Origin: Dehalococcoidia bacterium
GTDB lineage: Bacteria; Chloroflexota; Dehalococcoidia; Lucifugimonadales; UBA3495
Length of the DNA: 22,030 nucleotides
Direction of reading: 5' to 3'
NCBI GenBank assembly: GCA_030740155.1
Contig: JASLXV010000010.1
Coordinates: forward strand, 1-22,030
The notes beneath the pieces were generated by a model. It had not been told where the DNA came from. It ran no database searches and saw nothing but the letters and a program-made list of their open reading frames with translations. The translations under genes were made by a program, and so were the position numbers. Shown in pieces: positions 1-7,242 of this stretch. Each line of letters begins with the position of its first letter. The stretch's first letter is position 1.

Positions 1-2
1 AC

Positions 3-437
3 ATCTCAGATGCAGACCTTTCCGACCTCGCCTTCGGGAATAGGTTCGCCTATATCCTTTGTGTCACGATCACGGCTATCGGCGTGGCTACAGCCAATAT
101 CCCCACTCTTCTAGTGATGACCGCAATTGCGTTTTTGGGAGTTGTCCTTCCGAACCATCCCTTTGACTACGTCTATAACCACGTATTGCGGGGCGCGCTA
201 AAGAAACCCAAGCTGCCCCGTCGCTCCAGGCAGCTCAAATTCACCTGCGTGATGGCTACATTATGGCTCATTGCCACGGTATTGTTATTCAATGCCGACC
301 TTACCGCGGCCGGATACGTGCTTGGAGGCCTACTGGTTGCCGTGGCACTTACCGTCAGTACCACCGACTTCTGCATTCCCTCGATGATTCACAACTTCAT
401 TTTTCGAGTAAAAGTTCAAGAAACAACGGCTCCCTGA
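3..437 (+). CDS. DUF4395-like integral membrane protein, 5'-truncated by the window edge
   Basis: Frame is open from base 3 (ISDADLSDLAFGNRFAYILCVTITAIGV...) to TGA at 435-437. Several hydrophobic helices, an HPFD motif and C-terminal TDFCIPS resemble DUF4395 proteins. Confidence 0.65.
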   Translation: MSDADLSDLAFGNRFAYILCVTITAIGVATANIPTLLVMTAIAFLGVVLPNHPFDYVYNHVLRGALKKPKLPRRSRQLKFTCVMATLWLIATVLLFNADLTAAGYVLGGLLVAVALTVSTTDFCIPSMIHNFIFRVKVQETTAP

Positions 438-579
438 TCTCGCTTTCGAATAAAACGATCTTCCATTACCTGGCCTGCGGGCGCCGGCCTCGGATATGTT
501 GATCATTTTCGAATCTCTTCTTGATGATTCATTTGCGTCTCGGTCTTTTTCGGCAGCCATAACAAGCCCATTGCCGGTC

Positions 580-630
580 CCTGACCGCTGACCGCTGTTA
601 GCCGAAAGCTGATTGCTGAAAGCTGACCGC
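580..630. repeat. Degenerate heptamer tandem repeat (GCTGAnn, 7 units)
   Basis: Units cctgacc, gctgacc, gctgtta, gccgaaa, gctgatt, gctgaaa, gctgacc, then gc, at exact 7-bp period. Confidence 0.85.
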
Positions 631-633
631 CAT

Positions 634-662
634 TTGACAGCACCCGGCCGCTAGCCTACCAT
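634..662 (+). promoter_or_regulatory. Sigma70-type promoter of the SRP RNA
   Basis: TTGACA (634-639), 17-bp spacer, TACCAT (657-662). Predicted start near 669 coincides with the 5' end of the SRP RNA terminal stem. Confidence 0.85.
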
Positions 663-668
663 GATATT

Positions 669-939
669 GAGGCCGCGCTAGACGGGGAGCCAGCGGTGCC
701 CTGCACCCGCAATCCGCTATAGCGGGGTTGAATTCCTCCCCTAGGCGCCGCCAATGGGCCTATATCCGAGGTTGGTGATGTTGAGGGTTGGGTCCTGCGC
801 GGCGTAGGCCTGTGAACCCCGCCAGATCCGGAAGGAAGCAACGGTAAACAGGACCCTGCGGGTGCCGTGGGAGCGCCTGACCGGAGTCACCGCCGGGGAC
901 ACGCTCAGTGGTTGACGTCAAAGGGAGGTGCGCGGTCTC
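669..939 (+). ncRNA. ffs: Large (Alu-domain, Bacillus scRNA-type) signal recognition particle RNA
   Basis: 5' part GCCGCGCTAGACGGGGAGCCAGCGGTGCCCTGCACCCGCAATCCGCTATAGCGGGG resembles the Bacillus scRNA Alu domain. Helix-8 motif CCAGATCCGGAAGGAAGCAAC at 822-842. 668-678 pairs with 930-940 to close the molecule. Confidence 0.95.
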
Positions 940-997
940 AAACCAATTTGCAACCGTCCACCGCCATCTCCGAGGAACAGATGATGCTCCGGCGCAG

Positions 998-1795
998 GTG
1001 CGCGCCGGACCGCGCAAGGCCCTGGGACAGCACTTCCTCGCCGATAGCCGGATACTCAGCCGCGTTCTGGCCGCCGCGGAAATCACCGGGGATGACACGG
1101 TGGTGGAAGTAGGCCCCGGCCGGGGCGCCCTGACCCGCCGCCTGGTAGACCGGGCGGTCCGGGTGATTGCTCTGGAACTCGACCCTCAGTTGGCGGCCGC
1201 GCTGCCCGCCCGCCTCGGCGACCCTCCGAACCTTACCGTGGTCGAGGCCGACGCCCGCAAGGTGGACATCGGCTCACTGGTGGGCCCTGACGCCATCTAC
1301 AAGGTTGTAGGCAACCTGCCGTACTACGCCGCCAACCCCATCGTCCGGCGGTTCCTAGAGTTGAACCCCCAGCCCCGGCTGATGGTCGTAATGGTGCAGC
1401 AAGAGGTGGCCCGCTCGATGGCGGCGGGCCCCGGAAAAATGGGCCTGCTGTCCGTGGCCACCCAGTTTTACGCGGTGCCCAAGATCGTGTGCTCCGTGCC
1501 TCCCCGGGTCTTCCGGCCTCCGCCCAAGGTAACCTCGGCTCTGGTGCGGTTGGAGGTGAGGGCCAAGCCCGCAGTCGACGTGGCCGATCCGGACGCATTC
1601 TTCGCGCTGGTGCGAGCCGGGTTCTCGGCGCCACGGAAGCAGCTCCGGAACTCTCTGGGCCACGGGCTTGGAGTGGCGAACCAAGTGGTGGGCCAGCTGC
1701 TGCTGGACCTGGAGCTGGACGGAAGCCTGCGGCCGGCAAATCTTTCCCTGAAAGACTGGGCGATTATCTACCGCGCTTGGGCGTCGCTGAGTTAG
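998..1795 (+). CDS. rsmA: 16S rRNA m6,2A dimethyltransferase RsmA/KsgA
   Basis: LGQHFL, VEVGPGRG (SAM motif), GNLPY, MVQQEVA, FRPPPKVTS and PRKQLRNSL motifs. The ORF-track start at 908 lies inside the SRP RNA, so GTG 998 is preferred; start uncertain. Confidence 0.95.
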   Translation: MRAGPRKALGQHFLADSRILSRVLAAAEITGDDTVVEVGPGRGALTRRLVDRAVRVIALELDPQLAAALPARLGDPPNLTVVEADARKVDIGSLVGPDAIYKVVGNLPYYAANPIVRRFLELNPQPRLMVVMVQQEVARSMAAGPGKMGLLSVATQFYAVPKIVCSVPPRVFRPPPKVTSALVRLEVRAKPAVDVADPDAFFALVRAGFSAPRKQLRNSLGHGLGVANQVVGQLLLDLELDGSLRPANLSLKDWAIIYRAWASLS

Positions 1796-1796
1796 A

Positions 1797-2678
1797 TTGG
1801 AAGCCCCGGCCTTCGCCAAGCTGAATCTAACCCTCGAGGTGCTGGGCCGCCGCGACGACGGCTATCATGAGATCAGAAGCGTTCTTCAGACGATCGACCT
1901 GGCCGACCGGCTGGAGATCGTACCGGCATCTTCCCTTTCGGTGGAGTGTGACGACGCCTCGCTGAACGGCGAGACCAATCTGGTCTGGCGGGCCGCGGCG
2001 GCGCTTGCCGAGCGCGGAAACACCGAGCCCCGGGCCCACATTTACATTCACAAGCGGATCCCCGTGGCGATGGGGCTTGGCGGAGGAAGCAGCGACGCCG
2101 CCACGGCCCTGATGGTGCTAAACCAGCTCTGGGGCCTCGATTTGACCATCGAAGACCTGGCTCAAGTGGCGGGGACCATCGGCTCCGACGTTGCCTTTTT
2201 CCTGTCCGGCGGCACCGCGCTGGTCACGGGCCGGGGAGAACAGGTTACGCCCTTGCCTCCGCTTCCTCCCGTGGCGGTGATCCTGGTCTGCCCCAAATCC
2301 ACGGTGCCCAACAAGACCGCCAGCGTGTATTCCGCCCTCACTCCCGGCCAATACAGCGATGGAGGCATTACCCGCCGGATGACGGAAATCCTCCTGGGCG
2401 GGCATTTCGTGAGGGAGTCCGTGGCGGGTCTGCTCTACAATGTTTTCGACGAGGTGGCCTCCCGTGTTTTCCCGGACCTGGGCCGGGTACGCCGGCAGTT
2501 GGATGAATTGGCCCTCGGCCGCTACCGCCTTACCGGCGCCGGCCCCGGACTTTTCGGACTGCCTTCCAGCGAACTCGATTACCAACGGGTGGCGAATGCC
2601 TTGCAACCTTACGGCGCAGAGGTATACCTTGTTGTCACCACGTCTCCCGAATCCTTCGCTGGCGTGGAAACCAGATAA
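1797..2678 (+). CDS. ispE: 4-diphosphocytidyl-2-C-methyl-D-erythritol kinase
   Basis: AKLNLTL, GYHEI, KRIPVAMGLGGGSSDAA (GHMP ATP loop), GSDVAFF, GRGE. Classic rsmA-ispE order; TTG start 1 bp after the rsmA stop. Confidence 0.95.
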   Translation: MEAPAFAKLNLTLEVLGRRDDGYHEIRSVLQTIDLADRLEIVPASSLSVECDDASLNGETNLVWRAAAALAERGNTEPRAHIYIHKRIPVAMGLGGGSSDAATALMVLNQLWGLDLTIEDLAQVAGTIGSDVAFFLSGGTALVTGRGEQVTPLPPLPPVAVILVCPKSTVPNKTASVYSALTPGQYSDGGITRRMTEILLGGHFVRESVAGLLYNVFDEVASRVFPDLGRVRRQLDELALGRYRLTGAGPGLFGLPSSELDYQRVANALQPYGAEVYLVVTTSPESFAGVETR

Positions 2679-2709
2679 GCCGCGGCTGGCAATGGGAACG
2701 AGTTAGCCT

Positions 2710-3600
2710 ATGAACGGACTTGCCACCATCACCATCGGAATGGGTCCGAATATTTTCGACTTCGGCAGCCTGGTACTCTCCTGGCACGGCTTCATGACCT
2801 TCGTTGCGGTGGCGGTGTCGGTGTTTCTGGTGGTCCGCGCGGGCTCGCGGCAGGGGATGGTTGCCGATTCCATTTATTCAGTTGCGGTATGGGCCATCAT
2901 CGGCGGCGTCGTTGGGGCTCGCCTGCTGCACGTCATCGACTTCTGGGGTGAGATATACCAGGATGACCCCCTGAGTGTGTTTTACGCCTGGCAGGGTGGC
3001 GTGACCATCTATGGGGCCATTCTTGGGGGGTTCGCCGGCGGCGCACTTTACATAATTATCCGCAACTCCGCCTGGTACCTCTCCATGTGGGGCCGGTATT
3101 TCCGGTTCCTGGGCTCCCCCAACCGGGCGCCCCTGCCGGGTGTCGGCCACCTGGCCGATCTCTCGGCTCCGGCTCTGCTTCTTGCCCAGGCCATCGGCCG
3201 GGTCGGCGATGTCATCAACGGTGAGCATTGCGCCACCCAAACGGATCTGCCGTGGGGCATTGTTTACACTCATGACGCTAGCCCTGGCCTCTTGGCCTGC
3301 GGCACGGCGCCGACTCACCCCGCGGTGGCCTATGAATTGCTGTTCGACTTGGCGTTGCTCGCGGTTCTCTGGCCCTTGCGCAACCGGTTGCGGCCCCGTG
3401 GCATGTTCTTCACCCTGTACCTGGCTTGCTACTCCATCGGAAGGTTCTTCATCAGCTTCCTCAGAGTGGAGTTCAACGAGTACTTCGGGGCGCTGAACGA
3501 GGCCCAGGTTGTGGCCCTCGCGGTGATGCTGATCACGATTCCCTTGCTGGTATACCGGGCCAAACTGGTCAAGCTCGCCACGGGAAATCCCAGCAGCTAG
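2710..3600 (+). CDS. lgt: Prolipoprotein diacylglyceryl transferase (divergent)
   Basis: Multi-TM protein with WHG, VGARLLHV, WQGGVTIYG, GRVGDVINGE, PWG, HPAVAYE and GRFFISFLR motifs collinear with Lgt. Confidence 0.88.
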   Translation: MNGLATITIGMGPNIFDFGSLVLSWHGFMTFVAVAVSVFLVVRAGSRQGMVADSIYSVAVWAIIGGVVGARLLHVIDFWGEIYQDDPLSVFYAWQGGVTIYGAILGGFAGGALYIIIRNSAWYLSMWGRYFRFLGSPNRAPLPGVGHLADLSAPALLLAQAIGRVGDVINGEHCATQTDLPWGIVYTHDASPGLLACGTAPTHPAVAYELLFDLALLAVLWPLRNRLRPRGMFFTLYLACYSIGRFFISFLRVEFNEYFGALNEAQVVALAVMLITIPLLVYRAKLVKLATGNPSS

Positions 3601-3604
3601 CCGA

Positions 3605-3883
3605 GTGTCTACCGAGTGGCTGGATACCCGTTTCGTCATCACGGCGAAGGCCGGAATCTAGCCGGACCCTTTCTGGATTCCGGCCTTCGCCGGAAGGACG
3701 ATCGGGGAGGGGGCCTCGCGCATGCTCGCCACTGGAGATCCGAGCCACTAGCCGATTGTCCACCAGGTGTCTCCCGAGTGGCTTGATACCCGTCTTGTCA
3801 TCCCGGCGAAGGCCGGGATCCAGCAAAGCTCTCTCTGGATTCCGGCCTTCGCCGGAAAGACGATTGGGGAGGGGGTCTCGCGC
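3605..3883. repeat. Two ~117-bp direct repeats (3605-3721, 3767-3883), each containing an RPE4/REP-like palindrome
   Basis: 162-bp offset. Each unit holds GTCATCnCGGCGAAGGCCGGrATCyAG-loop-CTGGATTCCGGCCTTCGCCGGAArGAC (3634-3700, 3796-3862); the second copy's left arm translates VIPAKAGIQ, typical of RPE-like elements. Confidence 0.9.
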
Positions 3884-4165
3884 GGGCGGGCCGCGGGAAA
3901 GCGGAGCCAATAGCGTTGACAACGGCGGGGAAGCCGCCGGCAACGGCTCCCGCTTTTGAGCCGGTGTTTCCCCGGACTCGAACCGGACCACGAAGGACGA
4001 AAACGGGCGCCACTTGTCATCCCGGTTTCTTTGCGGGAAGGCCTCAGCGCACGCTGTTTTCGAAGTCAAAGCTGAGTACTGGCACAACTCAAGAGGCTGG
4101 TAGCGCGGGGGAGAGCCGGAAGCCCGTCCGGGACCGGCTTCCAGTTGACGTGAGCGGACCGCCCG

Positions 4166-5860
4166 CTACCCCGCGACCGGCCGGAAGTCCTGCACCCTCA
4201 GGGTCAGCCTCTCCATGCCCCGCCAGTGGTCGATGGTGACGGAATAGACCAGGTCCACGTAGGGGGTTCCGGACACCCATCGCTCAGCCTGGTTGAAGGC
4301 CACGGCGGGCCACTCGTCATTGCCCTCCCGCAGCTTGAACCGCAGGTGCTGCCCCTCCTTGCCCATGTACTGGGCCTCCAGCACGTGGGCCCGGCGGGTC
4401 AAGAACACGGGCTGGCGGTTGGAGGGGCCGAACGGCTGCAGGATGGAAAGCCAACGGACGAGGTCGTCGGTTATTTCGGCCAATTGGACTTCGGCGTCGA
4501 TGTTCAGGGTGGGGCTCAGGTCACGGGTATCCAGGGTGGCATCGGCGGCGGCGGTCAGCCTCTCTCGCAGCACCGGCAACTTCTCGGTAGCCAGGGTGAA
4601 GCCCGCTGCCTGGGAGTGGCCACCGAAGCGTACGAACAGGTCCTGGCAGCTGGTCAACGCCTCGAAAAGGTCGAACTCCGGTATGCTTCGCCCGCTGCCC
4701 ACCAGATAGCCGTCCTCCATGGCCATGGCCACCGCCGGCCGGTGGAACGTGTCCGCTAATCTCCCCGCCACCAGGCCCGCGACCCCGCGGGTAATGCCTT
4801 GGCTCGCGACCAACAGAATGGCCGGCAGCGCGCCGGAGGCCAGCTGGCTCCGGACCTCCTCGCGGCCTAAGGCAACCGCCCGCTCGGTCAACTCCCGCCG
4901 GTCCTGGTTCAGGCCTTCCAGCTTCTGGGCCAGGGCGCCGGCTTCCTCGGAAGAGGTGGTTGTGAGCAGCCGGTAACTGTCCAGAGCGTGGCTCATCCGG
5001 CCCGCCGAGTTGAGGCGTGGGATGACCTGGAACGCCAGAGTCTCGGCGTCGAGCCAGGTGGTGTCAACACCGGCGAGGCGGTACAGGGCCAGAAGGCCCG
5101 GCCGCTGGGTCTTCGCCAGACCCGCCAGGCCCTGCTGTACCAGGTACCGGTTCTCGTCCACCATCGACACCTGGTCGGCGATGGTGCCCAGGGCGGCCAG
5201 CTCCAGCAGTTGGCCGGCCCAGGGCTGCCCGTGGTACTCATAGATCCCCTGGACCAGCTTGAAGGCCAGGCCCGCGCCGCAAAGGTCTTGGAACGGGTAG
5301 TTGCCGCCCGGAAGCATGGGATCGATGATGGCGGTGGCATCGGGTAATCCGGATTGCGCGAGGTGGTGGTCGGTGATGATGACGTCGATCCCCAACCGGT
5401 TGGCGTGGGCCACCTCATCACACGCCGTGACGCCGCAATCGACGGTAATGATGAGGCTTACTCCCTGGGCGGCCAGGTGATCAATGGCGGCCACGGACAA
5501 TCCGTGGCCCTCTTCGGTGCGGTGAGGAAGGTAGGGTATGACCGGGACGCCCAGGGGTTCCAGACCCTCCGCCACGATGGCCGCGCCGGTCACCCCGTCA
5601 ACGTCGAAGTCGCCGAAGACGCCCACCCGTTCTTCCCCGCTGATGGCCCGGTACAGCCGTTGCAGCGCCCGGTCCATGCCCGCTATGCGAAGGGGGTCGT
5701 AGGGGAGCCGTTGGGGCGGTTCAAGGAAAATGCGCAGCTTTTCGGCGGTGTCGATCCCCCGGTTTACCAGCACCCTGGCCAAGGGCGGAGGCAGGTCCCG
5801 GGGCAAATCCCGGTCCTCCACCAGAGACGGCAGGCGCCACCGTTTGGCTCCTCCCCCCAT
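4166..5860 (-). CDS. recJ: Single-stranded-DNA-specific exonuclease RecJ
   Basis: GDFDVDG, ITVDCG, ITDHH, LGTIAD, PRLNSAGR, GSGRS, FGGHSQAAG, PFGPSN. ATG 5860 preceded by GAGGTG; alternative TTG 5875 overlaps the fabF stop. Confidence 0.97.
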   Translation of the reverse strand: MGGGAKRWRLPSLVEDRDLPRDLPPPLARVLVNRGIDTAEKLRIFLEPPQRLPYDPLRIAGMDRALQRLYRAISGEERVGVFGDFDVDGVTGAAIVAEGLEPLGVPVIPYLPHRTEEGHGLSVAAIDHLAAQGVSLIITVDCGVTACDEVAHANRLGIDVIITDHHLAQSGLPDATAIIDPMLPGGNYPFQDLCGAGLAFKLVQGIYEYHGQPWAGQLLELAALGTIADQVSMVDENRYLVQQGLAGLAKTQRPGLLALYRLAGVDTTWLDAETLAFQVIPRLNSAGRMSHALDSYRLLTTTSSEEAGALAQKLEGLNQDRRELTERAVALGREEVRSQLASGALPAILLVASQGITRGVAGLVAGRLADTFHRPAVAMAMEDGYLVGSGRSIPEFDLFEALTSCQDLFVRFGGHSQAAGFTLATEKLPVLRERLTAAADATLDTRDLSPTLNIDAEVQLAEITDDLVRWLSILQPFGPSNRQPVFLTRRAHVLEAQYMGKEGQHLRFKLREGNDEWPAVAFNQAERWVSGTPYVDLVYSVTIDHWRGMERLTLRVQDFRPVAG

Positions 5861-5871
5861 GAGCCGGCACC

Positions 5872-7122
5872 TCAATCGTCTAGTTCAGGGTTGGCGAAGA
5901 CCAGGACCGAGTTATGACCGCCGAATCCGAACGAATTGCTCATCGCCACGTCAACCTTGGCGGAGCGGGCTTCGTTTGCCGTATAGTCCAGGTCGCACTC
6001 CGGGTCGGGGTTCTCGAGGTTGATGGTAGGCGGGACCATGCCGTGTTGGATTGCCTGGAGACAGAAGACCGCCTCCAGCGCCCCGCCTGAGCCCAGCAAG
6101 TGGCCGGTCATGGATTTGGTGGAACTGATGGGAACGCGGTAGGCATCCTCTCCGAGGGCGAGCTTGATAGCCACGGTCTCATGATGGTCGTTGAGGGGTG
6201 TAGACGTACCGTGGGCGTTGAGGTAGTCCACCCGCGCCGGGTCGATGCTGCCGGCTTCCAGCGCCAGACGCATGGCCCTCGCGGCACTCTTCCCGGTGGG
6301 CCCCGGTTCGGTCAGGTGGTGGGCGTCCGAGGTAGCCGCGTAGCCGCGCACCTCCGCCAGAAGCGGTACACCGCGCCGTTGGGCGCTCTCCTGGCTTTCC
6401 AGCACCAGGACCGCGGCGCCTTCGCCCATGACAAAACCGTCTCGCTGCAGGTCGAAGGGCCGGCTGGCCGCTTTGGGGTCACCCGCGAAGCGAGACAGGG
6501 CCCGCAAGGCGTTGAATCCGGCGACTGCGATGGGAATGATCGGGGCTTCGGCGCCCCCGGCCAGGACCACGTCCTCTTGGCCCCGCCGGATCATTTCCCA
6601 TCCCTGTCCCAGGGCGTCGGCCCCGCTGGAGCATGATGAGACCAAACAGTAGTTGGCCCCCATGGACCCCGTGATCATCGAGACCTGGGCCGAGGCCATG
6701 TCCGCCAGCATCATGGGGATGAGGAAGGGGCTGACCCGCCCGGGGCCTCGCTGGCTCAGCACCTCGAACTGCTGCGAGAGGGTGATGATCCCGCCGATCC
6801 CGCTCCCGATGATAACGCCCACCCGGTAAGGGTCGGCCTTCGGGTCCAACTGGGCGTGCCGGCAGGCCTCTTGGGCGGCCGCCGTGGCGAACTGGGCGAA
6901 ACGGTCCATACGCCGGGCCGCTTTCCGGTCCAGGTGGTTTTCGGGGTCGAATCCTTTGACCTCGCCGGCGAAGCGGGTATCGAAGCCTTCGGTATCGAAG
7001 GCCGTAATGTAGTCGACTCCGGACTCGCCCCGGATTAGCGCGTTCCAACTGGACGCGGCGTCCAGCCCCAGGGGGCTTACTACGCCGACGCCGGTGATGA
7101 AAACTCGGTGGTTATGGCGCAT
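5872..7122 (-). CDS. fabF: Beta-ketoacyl-ACP synthase II
   Basis: Catalytic Cys (SSCSSG), His (NAHGTST) and His (TGHLLG); also RDGFVMGEGA and SNSFGFGGHN. Confidence 0.97.
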   Translation of the reverse strand: MRHNHRVFITGVGVVSPLGLDAASSWNALIRGESGVDYITAFDTEGFDTRFAGEVKGFDPENHLDRKAARRMDRFAQFATAAAQEACRHAQLDPKADPYRVGVIIGSGIGGIITLSQQFEVLSQRGPGRVSPFLIPMMLADMASAQVSMITGSMGANYCLVSSCSSGADALGQGWEMIRRGQEDVVLAGGAEAPIIPIAVAGFNALRALSRFAGDPKAASRPFDLQRDGFVMGEGAAVLVLESQESAQRRGVPLLAEVRGYAATSDAHHLTEPGPTGKSAARAMRLALEAGSIDPARVDYLNAHGTSTPLNDHHETVAIKLALGEDAYRVPISSTKSMTGHLLGSGGALEAVFCLQAIQHGMVPPTINLENPDPECDLDYTANEARSAKVDVAMSNSFGFGGHNSVLVFANPELDD

Positions 7123-7180
7123 ATGAATTATCAGCCAGATACAGGGTTGGTGACGCGGTTACACAAGGGAAGCCCGGTCC

Positions 7181-7222
7181 GGCCCCGACCGGCGGTGGCG
7201 GGCCCCACCGGCGTCCGGGGTC
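7181..7222 (-). terminator. GC-rich imperfect hairpin between the radical SAM gene and fabF (possible terminator or stabiliser)
   Basis: About 16-bp imperfect stem (CCCCGGACGCCGGTGG / CCACCGCCGGTCGGGG) ~20 bp after the radical SAM stop; no U-tract. Confidence 0.35.
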
Positions 7223-7242
7223 CGGGGCAGGAAAGGTGCGGC

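Noticed and set aside
908..997. ORF-track N-terminal extension of RsmA
   Set aside because: Starts inside the SRP RNA 3' stem; the extra residues do not resemble RsmA.
3605..3883. Possible CRISPR array
   Set aside because: Only two long (117-bp) units, no 25-45-bp repeat/spacer periodicity, no cas genes.
3426..4280. Several 60-180-aa ORFs between lgt and recJ
   Set aside because: Translations of palindromic repeats and GC-rich spacer; no RBS or domain signal.
7122..7135. GATAAT just upstream of the fabF ATG suggesting a leaderless transcript
   Set aside because: Only 4 nt between the hexamer and ATG and no -35; too weak to call.
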